Origin: a virus
Direction: 5' to 3' (one strand)
Length of the DNA: 64,000 nt
IMG/VR virus record: IMGVR_UViG_3300045988_136447
Location: 1 to 64,000 of that record
Shown here: positions 57,739-64,000 of the stretch, one piece after another
Layout of the letters: every line of letters starts with the position of its first letter
Numbering within the stretch: position 1 is the first letter of the stretch
The notes under the pieces: model-generated
Databases searched by the model: none
The model's input: the letters and a program-made list of their open reading frames with translations, nothing else
What the model was told of the DNA's origin: nothing
Program-made: the position numbers and the translations under genes

Positions 57739-57926
57739 GCAGAAAACTGTGTAAGCATAGAGTTGCGGTCATCATCGAGACTAATGTTCCAATCGACAAA
57801 CAAGACGCCCTGAACTATGTGAATCACGTGGTGCAGATAGCACTGGACAATATGCCGATTGACGAGTTTGTGTCTGAACCTAAACCAAAAACATATGTGG
57901 AAATTGAAGATGTTACAGTTGGATAA
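57735..57926 (+). CDS. hypothetical small protein
   Basis: ORF. Confidence 0.35.
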   Translation: MSRKLCKHRVAVIIETNVPIDKQDALNYVNHVVQIALDNMPIDEFVSEPKPKTYVEIEDVTVG

Positions 57927-58170
57927 GTATGAAGTTGTGCCGATACTTCTTACGTTTGTGGGTATCGGATCAGTAGCTGTTCTTTTATCTTTGATATTCT
58001 ATTCTATTACCTGCAAAACAGTTCCAAGTCAGGAAACGGATGTTGTTATCGAGACTATTGAGTATGACGGTTGCGAGTACCTTAAGTATTCCCCAAATCG
58101 CGGCTCATCCTACTGCTGCCTGACCCATAAAGGGAACTGCAAACGCTGTGCAGAAAGAAATGGTAAATAG
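57910..58170 (+). CDS. small membrane protein
   Basis: TM VVPILLTFVGIGSVAVLLSLIFY. Confidence 0.35.
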   Translation: MLQLDKYEVVPILLTFVGIGSVAVLLSLIFYSITCKTVPSQETDVVIETIEYDGCEYLKYSPNRGSSYCCLTHKGNCKRCAERNGK

Positions 58171-58261
58171 ATTTCTAAAAATTAACGGAATCGTAGCTTG
58201 ATTTATCGTAATTACAGGCTATTTTATACGTAAAGAGGTTGCCGTCTCTTTTCTTGCCTTT

Positions 58262-58299
58262 GGGGGAGGGAGGGTTTGTTGGTTTTCCTTCCCTCCCCC
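58262..58299. other. G/C-rich hairpin gggggagggagg - 13 nt loop - ccttccctccccc
   Basis: 12-bp stem with one mismatch. Confidence 0.5.
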
Positions 58300-58372
58300 A
58301 CCTATCGCGCCCCTCAGTGAACTTTTATTCACAGATCAGGAATAAAAATAGTAACTTTGGGGCTATTTTTAT

Positions 58373-58400
58373 TTGCAATTCTCCAATTCAATGTTATATT
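58373..58400 (+). promoter_or_regulatory. sigma-70-like promoter TTGCAA-N16-TGtTATATT
   Basis: Motif family member upstream of 58466. Confidence 0.4.
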
Positions 58401-58465
58401 GTAGTATAGTGCAGTAGAAAACAAGGTGTGCTGTACTTTTACCCACAACTAAAACAAGGAGAGTT

Positions 58466-58819
58466 ATGCGGACGTACACAAAATACACAAAAGCGGGCGC
58501 GCTGGTGTCTAAATTTATGCGCACACAGGGCATTTCCTGCCTTTCCGTCTGCCAAAAGCTCAATATCCACCCAAGCTACCTGAGCAATGCACTGAGAGGG
58601 CGATCCCCTTTCGGGATCGCCCTCTACGACAACCTGGTACAGGCGTACAGTGGTCTCTTTACCGAAAAAGAAAAAGAAGAGCTGTACCGTGCCGTGTGGG
58701 ATGGGAAGAAAGAGCTGCGAGTTGATGTATCCTGTTGGGATATTGACAGTAAGATTAAACTTGCAACACTTGCCGAATCCATTAAAAATGAAATTGAAAA
58801 CTCAAAAAGGAATAAGTAA
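58466..58819 (+). CDS. XRE-family HTH transcriptional regulator
   Basis: ISCLSVCQKLNIHPSYLSNALRGR. Confidence 0.5.
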   Translation: MRTYTKYTKAGALVSKFMRTQGISCLSVCQKLNIHPSYLSNALRGRSPFGIALYDNLVQAYSGLFTEKEKEELYRAVWDGKKELRVDVSCWDIDSKIKLATLAESIKNEIENSKRNK

Positions 58820-59034
58820 TGAAACTCATCGAATTTAAACTGACACTCGCAGTCCCGTGTGACGTTGACGTAGAACCCATTAAAGAAGCAAGTATTGGGA
58901 ATACGATAAGAGACTATGCATCCAACTGTAATATCGAAGAGTGCGGAATTGAGTTGGCCAGAATGGACAAACCGCAAACGGCATCAGAGCCCAAGGCACA
59001 GTCCGGTACCAAACAAGCAAACAAAATGAGGTGA
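58819..59034 (+). CDS. small protein, paralog of 62065-62220
   Basis: MKLIEFKLTLAVPCDVDVEPIKE… aligned with MKVINFTLTVIVPNDINDPVKPE…. Confidence 0.4.
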   Translation: MKLIEFKLTLAVPCDVDVEPIKEASIGNTIRDYASNCNIEECGIELARMDKPQTASEPKAQSGTKQANKMR

Positions 59035-59037
59035 AAG

Positions 59038-59166
59038 ATGAGATTCGAAATCACAATGCGCAACTATTTCTGCATCACGGAAGAAGATATTCTCGACGCA
59101 ATCGTTAAATGTATTGGTGTGGATGAGGACGACATTGAAGTAACTCAGATCGATACGTGTGAATAA
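59038..59166 (+). CDS. small acidic protein, 42 aa
   Basis: GAGGTGAAAG ATG; not in track. Confidence 0.3.
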   Translation: MRFEITMRNYFCITEEDILDAIVKCIGVDEDDIEVTQIDTCE

Positions 59167-59246
59167 CATGAATGAAATACTCCGATTAATAGGGATCATG
59201 GCGATATTGACTGCGTTTATATGGTTAGCCATAGGGGACAATTGGG

Positions 59247-59654
59247 ATGAATACTGACTACACGCTGACGGAAGAGGAAACGGCTAGAGTTGAGGGGGAA
59301 GTAGAGAAGGAACGAAACTACTTACAAGCGGTACGCAAGTGTACCGATAAAGAAATTGAAAAGATGCTGCGGCTCGTCCGTAAACGGGCAGAACAGAACA
59401 TTATTTACTTTAAATTAAAGAAAAAAGAAGGGGAAGAAAGACTTAGAACTGCGAGATGTGAAGTAGTGCGAGAATCCTTAGTTGAAGCGATCGACACTAC
59501 TTTTAAACTTTTGTTTCCTCCGGAAAACCCTGAAAGCAATCGTGTAAAGGTACTTAGTGAATCACAGATCAAGTTCCTCGTAGAGCGCACAGCCGCAATC
59601 ATCACTGCATATGTGCATGAATCTGTAAATAAAACTGAGGAAAACCAGCAATGA
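59247..59654 (+). CDS. hypothetical protein
   Basis: ORF. Confidence 0.4.
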   Translation: MNTDYTLTEEETARVEGEVEKERNYLQAVRKCTDKEIEKMLRLVRKRAEQNIIYFKLKKKEGEERLRTARCEVVRESLVEAIDTTFKLLFPPENPESNRVKVLSESQIKFLVERTAAIITAYVHESVNKTEENQQ

Positions 59655-59775
59655 ACTGGCCACAAGCTACTGTCGATATCGCAACCGGGCTATTCGCCGT
59701 TCTTGTGCTTTACATAGTCATGGTTAAAACTAACTAACTAAACCAAATACCAATAAATCAAGCAGAAAGATCAAC

Positions 59776-59931
59776 ATGAAATATGCGAGCGTCTGTTCGG
59801 GAGTGGAGGCGGCCTCCCTCGCGTGGAAGCCGCTCGGATGGGAACCGGTGTGGTTTTCCGAAATCGAGCCGTTTCCGTGCGAAGTGCTGGCTCAACGCTT
59901 CCCCGGAGCGCTGGAAGGAGCGGGAAAATGA
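59776..59931 (+). pseudogene. 51-aa ORF resembling only the N-terminus (motif I region) of a DNA C5-cytosine methyltransferase
   Basis: MKYASVCSGVEAASLAWKPLGWEPVWFSEIEPFPCEVLAQRFPG then stop; Dcm-family proteins are >300 aa. Confidence 0.4.
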
Positions 59932-60092
59932 AGTGCGATATTTGTAAAGATGACTTTCCGGACGATGAATTGGTGGAAGCTGACATTATGACGTGTGACG
60001 ATGACGGCAACATTTGTGAAGGCCCCAAATCTAATGTGTGCTACATGTGCCGCACACTCATTGTTGCGGTGGGTATCGAAAATCAGAGCTGA
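59928..60092 (+). CDS. small Cys-rich protein
   Basis: ATGA overlap; CDICKDD…CYMC. Confidence 0.35.
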   Translation: MKCDICKDDFPDDELVEADIMTCDDDGNICEGPKSNVCYMCRTLIVAVGIENQS

Positions 60093-60227
60093 ATAATTAA
60101 AAAGAACAGCGGAATTCGAGGAAACAGAAAAATCTGATTCGACAAATTCCGCTTGTTCAGCGTTAGATACTGTTAATGTAGCATATTTTGTCAACTTTTC
60201 AAGGTTTTACACAGTAGAGGATTTGAA

Positions 60228-60611
60228 ATGAGCGAAGAGAAATGCCAGAAGTGCTGGAATGGTGAGTATCCACTTTTTATCGAGTGGGACGAATCCATGC
60301 AGATGGAGTTCGTTGACGACGAGGAAGAATTGGTGGAGTTTTGCACTTCGCACCAGCTTAACCCGCGCGAACTTCAGTATTATGATGCGGTACCCCTGTA
60401 TGCGTGGGAGGGTGTTCACATCGATACTGAAGAATTGGAAAACGACGACGGAGAACTGGACGAAGAAGTTCAGGCGCTTATTGATGAGTTCAGACAGAAG
60501 CTCCGGACGATAAAACGTCCCATCATACACTGGGCTTCTGATAGGCCGATCAAAATTTCTGCGTCCCTGTTGGAAGAATGGTATGCAAAAGTGAAGGGTG
60601 GTTTAGCATGA
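60228..60611 (+). CDS. strongly acidic small protein (candidate DNA mimic / anti-restriction)
   Basis: About 30% D/E (DDEEELVEF, ELENDDGELDEE); N-terminal CQKC. Confidence 0.45.
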   Translation: MSEEKCQKCWNGEYPLFIEWDESMQMEFVDDEEELVEFCTSHQLNPRELQYYDAVPLYAWEGVHIDTEELENDDGELDEEVQALIDEFRQKLRTIKRPIIHWASDRPIKISASLLEEWYAKVKGGLA

Positions 60612-60751
60612 ATGAACTTGAATCGGGCGTGCCGCCACTGAAGCTGTGCAGGCAGATTTCTGGACAGCTTTCCGAACTGTTGAACTGCCCGGTCGTCTGC
60701 AAGTACGACGAATCGGAAAATCGAGTGAGCAGCAAAGGAGGTTTGAGATGA
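60608..60751 (+). CDS. small protein, 47 aa
   Basis: ATGA overlaps on both sides; not in track. Confidence 0.3.
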   Translation: MNELESGVPPLKLCRQISGQLSELLNCPVVCKYDESENRVSSKGGLR

Positions 60752-60984
60752 GCGAATGGGATAACTATTGCGATGAAATCGGCGGTGTTTGCAAGGATAT
60801 GGAAGCGCAGGCCGCCCGGATCGCGGAGCTGGAGGCAGAGAATGAGCGGTTGCGGAAGGAGCTGAATCTGATCGGCACCAAAGCTGATTTTTGTGCTGAT
60901 GAATGTGAATACGGTCCAGACGCGACAAGTTTTAGATTGATTGCTGATGACGCGAAACGTGCGCTGAAAGGAGCGGGAGAATGA
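60748..60984 (+). CDS. hypothetical coiled-coil small protein
   Basis: Internal ATG coupled to upstream stop. Confidence 0.4.
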   Translation: MSEWDNYCDEIGGVCKDMEAQAARIAELEAENERLRKELNLIGTKADFCADECEYGPDATSFRLIADDAKRALKGAGE

Positions 60985-61466
60985 GCGAAGAATTGAAACC
61001 GTGCCGCCGTTGCGGTCTAGATGTGTCTTCAGATGGGATTGAAGTTACACAAACCGATACCGGAACATATACGGCAAGATTCGAGTGTCCGGATTGTGGA
61101 GAAGTGGCGGAAACGTGTATGAGACATTCTTCCGAAAATTTTGCAATCGCTGATGTGATTGATGATTGGAACCGGCGTTGGATTGATCCTGCTCTAACCG
61201 CTCGAATCGAGGAGCTGGAAGCAGAGCGCGACCGACTCCGGGAGGCACTGAAAGAAGTTCTGAACTGTGAAGTTGTAACGGACAATGGAGATTATTCTAA
61301 AGGCGGTACTGGATTCGATTGTAATGAAGTAAAAGAAATTATACGCGGGGCGCTGGAACATGTGGTAAAATTACTTGATCGCCCCATGCTTAAAGTCGAT
61401 ATGTGCTTGTATATGGATAGCGCTATAAGAGTGGCGCGTGAGGCGCTGAAAGGAGCGGAAGAATGA
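60981..61466 (+). CDS. hypothetical protein with CxxC…CxDC zinc ribbon
   Basis: CRRCGLDV…CPDCGE. Confidence 0.45.
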   Translation: MSEELKPCRRCGLDVSSDGIEVTQTDTGTYTARFECPDCGEVAETCMRHSSENFAIADVIDDWNRRWIDPALTARIEELEAERDRLREALKEVLNCEVVTDNGDYSKGGTGFDCNEVKEIIRGALEHVVKLLDRPMLKVDMCLYMDSAIRVAREALKGAEE

Positions 61467-61798
61467 AATGTCCGAAGTGTAGGTCAGTACGTGTTTCTAA
61501 AGAGCGCCGGATCGATGGTAATTACATTTGCATGGACTGCCACCATCGTGGGAAGCCTGAGGAGTTCCGTCAGAAAACCAACTTTGAAAAGCTGACCGCC
61601 AGCCCGGAGGCGCTGGCAGAAGAAATGGTATTTGAATCCATAAAGGGAATATGGAGATACAGGATCGGCGAGAAAATATCGATGCAGGCTTTTCGAAGTA
61701 GAGGGGAAGCAGAACAAGGCGCGGTCGAATATCTCAAGCATAGGTATGAACAGGGCTGGCTGGACTGGCTGAACAGTCAGGCGAAAAGCGAGAGGTGA
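61463..61798 (+). CDS. zinc-ribbon protein
   Basis: CPKCRS…CMDCHH. Confidence 0.4.
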   Translation: MKCPKCRSVRVSKERRIDGNYICMDCHHRGKPEEFRQKTNFEKLTASPEALAEEMVFESIKGIWRYRIGEKISMQAFRSRGEAEQGAVEYLKHRYEQGWLDWLNSQAKSER

Positions 61799-61801
61799 GA
61801 A

Positions 61802-62008
61802 ATGAGTTGTGATAAATCAAAAATAACTCCGATGTGCATCAATTGCTCGCGCTACAGGGAAAGTATTCTTTATGGCGGTCATGCATCTTGCAACAAGCGA
61901 AAGACAATCATTAAAGATGAGTATGCTGTCTGTTCTGATTGGAAATTGTCAGAACAAAAGCGTAAAATCGCAATTTTTCAGCAAATGCAGAAAATCGAAG
62001 ATAAGTAA
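61802..62008 (+). CDS. small zinc-finger protein
   Basis: CINCS…HASCNKR…CSDW. Confidence 0.4.
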   Translation: MSCDKSKITPMCINCSRYRESILYGGHASCNKRKTIIKDEYAVCSDWKLSEQKRKIAIFQQMQKIEDK

Positions 62009-62064
62009 TACATATAGTGATTTAGCGGTAATACTGGATTCAAAATGTAAAGGTTATAAATAAA

Positions 62065-62220
62065 ATGAAAGTAATAAATTTTACACTTACAGTGATCGTA
62101 CCGAATGATATTAACGATCCTGTTAAACCGGAAAGTCTTTTGGAGTGTATGCGAAACTATGCTGAGGAATTAAACCTTACTGATTGTGCAATTGAAATCA
62201 GTCAAGAAAAAGCTAAATGA
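62065..62220 (+). CDS. small protein, paralog of 58819-59034
   Basis: See 58819; not in track. Confidence 0.4.
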   Translation: MKVINFTLTVIVPNDINDPVKPESLLECMRNYAEELNLTDCAIEISQEKAK

Positions 62221-62621
62221 AACAATACAGTATACACTGTGAATGGGAACATAAAATGAACGAGTACAAGATTAATGAAATATTTATCCATACTGATGGC
62301 AAAGTCTATCAATGCGTAAGGGCTGAAGGCACTTGCGAAGGGTGTGCACTTAGATGTGGGTGGGACTGCCCCGGTAGGTCTTGTACCGGGGATGAAAGAA
62401 AAGATGGTATCGATGTTAAGTACGTTCTAGTCACGGAGCCCTCCAACGGGATGCTTTACCGCGCCGGAGACGGGGAAATGTACCAGTTAAAATACAGAGA
62501 TCCACCATCAGTCGGATGCGCCTGTAATGTTGGCATGTACGGTTGCGGCTGCCTTGATGATAGGGTGTGTCGTATAGTATTGGAATGGGATCGTTATTGG
62601 GGAAATACATTTGATGAGTGA
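62217..62621 (+). CDS. Cys-rich hypothetical protein
   Basis: ORF; ATGA overlap. Confidence 0.4.
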   Translation: MKQYSIHCEWEHKMNEYKINEIFIHTDGKVYQCVRAEGTCEGCALRCGWDCPGRSCTGDERKDGIDVKYVLVTEPSNGMLYRAGDGEMYQLKYRDPPSVGCACNVGMYGCGCLDDRVCRIVLEWDRYWGNTFDE

Positions 62622-62633
62622 TTATTATGATGT

Positions 62634-62864
62634 ATGTTATGCCATGTGGCTTCGTGGCTTGCCAAGCCCCCTATTGATAGTTATGAATACCTGCACTTGC
62701 ATTGCGATATGAATGATGAGGCCATTGTCAATCATTTTGAAAAACAGACAAGGGATGCGGAATTGGATCATTATCAGAAAAAAGAAAGCGAGTATTCAAG
62801 AAAGGAGCAAGAATGCGTTGCCCGGATGTTGCGGGATGGTTATGATATAGATGATATATTTTGA
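62634..62864 (+). CDS. hypothetical small protein
   Basis: ORF. Confidence 0.35.
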   Translation: MLCHVASWLAKPPIDSYEYLHLHCDMNDEAIVNHFEKQTRDAELDHYQKKESEYSRKEQECVARMLRDGYDIDDIF

Positions 62865-62886
62865 CAACTACTTACTATTTTATAAA

Positions 62887-63000
62887 ATGATAGATAGGGA
62901 CGAGCGGGAGGCATTTATTCTTGTTGGAATTACAATTTTAATTTCAGTAATTATTATTGTTTCAATTTGCTATGGGTGTGCGTGTCACGTTGGTTTATGA
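62887..63000 (+). CDS. small membrane peptide, 37 aa (MIDRDEREAFILVGITILISVIIIVSICYGCACHVGL)
   Basis: Tandem paralog pair; not in track. Confidence 0.35.
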   Translation: MIDRDEREAFILVGITILISVIIIVSICYGCACHVGL

Positions 63001-63022
63001 CTAAATAAAGAGGTTGAAAGAG

Positions 63023-63136
63023 ATGATAGATGATGAGCATGAAGATGTAAATTTTTATGGGATTACTATTTTGTTTACGTTTTTCATTGTGGTGGCGCTG
63101 GTGGGTTGGTTGCTTTGTCGGATGGATATAAGTTAA
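63023..63136 (+). CDS. small membrane peptide, 37 aa (MIDDEHEDVNFYGITILFTFFIVVALVGWLLCRMDIS)
   Basis: Paralog of previous; RBS AAAGAGG. Confidence 0.35.
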   Translation: MIDDEHEDVNFYGITILFTFFIVVALVGWLLCRMDIS

Positions 63137-63150
63137 CAATTCTAAAAGTT

Positions 63151-63275
63151 GGGGGCGAGTGTGTGTACAACACTAACCCGCCCCCGCCACAAAAACTCGA
63201 GCCGATTTGGTGCTCCTAATAGTTAGGGATTCATAACCAAATCGGCTCGATTCGATTCGATTTTCGATTTTAACT
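63151..63275. terminator. Two consecutive hairpins (GGGGGCG…CGCCCCC; perfect 15-bp IR tcgagccgatttggt/accaaatcggctcga) followed by ttcgatt repeats and T-run, at convergent gene boundary
   Basis: Inverted repeats seen directly. Confidence 0.6.
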
Positions 63276-63435
63276 TATTGCTTAATCCCCCGGTTTACTT
63301 GCTTCGATATCGTTTATATGCGCTGCCGGATCGCTTGATCCCGGTTTTCGGTTTTCGTACACCCGGCAACCTGTCCGCTTTCTTGATATAGTGTTTCATA
63401 CGACCGCCGGGCGGTTGCGCCCGGCCCGATAACGA

Positions 63436-63993
63436 TTACTTGCCAACTTCCGGGGCGGCCGCTTCCTTGCCGTCCTCCTTACCATCCTCCTTACCGTCCT
63501 CCTTACCGGCTTCCGTCTTGGCCTCCGCTCCCTGTTCAGCCTGAATCGGAAAATTGACCTGTTCACGCAAGTAGACCAGCGCGGGTGACGGCTCCGGCAC
63601 CACAGTATACCCATTACGGACGGCGGCAATCAAGGCTTGCGCAATCGTTCTTGTTGCGGCGATTGCCATGTCCTCCCCTGTTGCGTCACGCATAACCCGG
63701 ACGCAAGCCCGCGCGAAAGCGTCTACTTCACCGCGGTAGCCTGTGAATGTAAAACCCTCGCAACAGACAAGCCGCGCTGCAACTTCGGCCATGGTAAGGG
63801 CCTGTGGCTTATTGGCCGCCTTGACCTTTTCAAGCGCCTTAGTAGCGGCCTGAACGGTTGCGGAAGCCGTCATAATCTTTTCAACGTCACCGGAAGCGGC
63901 AATTGTGCGAAGATTGTTTGTAGCCTCCTCCAAAGCCGCCTCAGCTGCCTTAACGACGGGCGAAACGGCGGGTCTTGCCAGTTCCGCAATCAT
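63436..63993 (-). CDS. hypothetical Ala-rich protein with C-terminal (GKED)x4 repeat; GC-rich; may be 5'-partial at window end
   Basis: ORF; composition differs from rest of window. Confidence 0.4.
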   Translation of the reverse strand: MIAELARPAVSPVVKAAEAALEEATNNLRTIAASGDVEKIMTASATVQAATKALEKVKAANKPQALTMAEVAARLVCCEGFTFTGYRGEVDAFARACVRVMRDATGEDMAIAATRTIAQALIAAVRNGYTVVPEPSPALVYLREQVNFPIQAEQGAEAKTEAGKEDGKEDGKEDGKEAAAPEVGK

Positions 63994-64000
63994 GCGGCTA

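Noticed and set aside
1-64000. Integrase / lysogeny module
   Set aside because: No tyrosine or serine recombinase motifs seen in any ORF of this window; HTH regulators are present but are insufficient to call a lysogeny switch

Overview
This window reads as a contiguous segment of a large tailed dsDNA phage or prophage genome. GC is about 40-42% overall, with two GC-rich insertions. Promoters are sigma-70 type (TTGNAA-N16/17-TGNTAYATT), RBSs are strong AGGAGG-type, and TTG/GTG starts occur, all of which is compatible with a Firmicutes-type host. All protein calls come from motifs read in the ORF translations; no database searches were run.

Layout:
- **1-900:** non-coding region with two identical 126-bp direct repeats, AAGCGGA iteron-like motifs, an AT-rich tract and a G-rich palindrome. 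This is a candidate origin or packaging region.
- **0.9-29 kb, + strand:** a large replication/recombination module.
  - Helicases and primase: SNF2 helicase, DnaG-type primase, DnaC-like loader, DnaB-like helicase.
  - Polymerase and accessory factors: DnaQ exonuclease, a putative sliding clamp, a clamp loader, and PolA split into two ORFs with an N-terminal UDG-like domain.
  - Other replication enzymes: Dam methyltransferase, ATP-dependent ligase, a gp32-like SSB candidate and a GT9-like glycosyltransferase.
  - Recombination enzymes: FEN-type 5' nuclease, RuvC-like resolvase, and SbcCD with SbcC split at its CPLC zinc hook.
- **29-56.2 kb, - strand:** an accessory/lysis cassette followed by the tail, head and packaging modules.
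  - The cassette holds an HTH/Zn-finger regulator with an 11-bp tandem operator array, a second GT9-like glycosyltransferase, a sugar-type SAM methyltransferase, and small membrane proteins.
  - The tail module holds tail fibres/spikes and a tape measure protein; a GC-rich island (about 33.47-37.25 kb) covers the distal fibre region and a lipoprotein.
  - The head and packaging module holds the tail tube, connector, major capsid protein with its own terminator, scaffold, portal and TerL.
- **56.2-56.8 kb:** divergent sigma-70 promoters, with tRNA-Thr(UGU) and a second tRNA (anticodon TTG, Gln).
- **56.8-63.1 kb, + strand:** a dense chain of translationally coupled small genes.
  - Identified products: dUTPase and an XRE-type HTH regulator.
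  - Other small proteins: Zn-ribbon proteins, a strongly acidic candidate DNA-mimic, and paralogous micro-proteins.
  - A truncated C5-cytosine methyltransferase N-terminal fragment also sits in the chain.
- **63.3-64.0 kb:** a second GC-rich segment carrying a - strand gene that may be 5'-partial at the window end.

No integrase, CRISPR array or rRNA was found.
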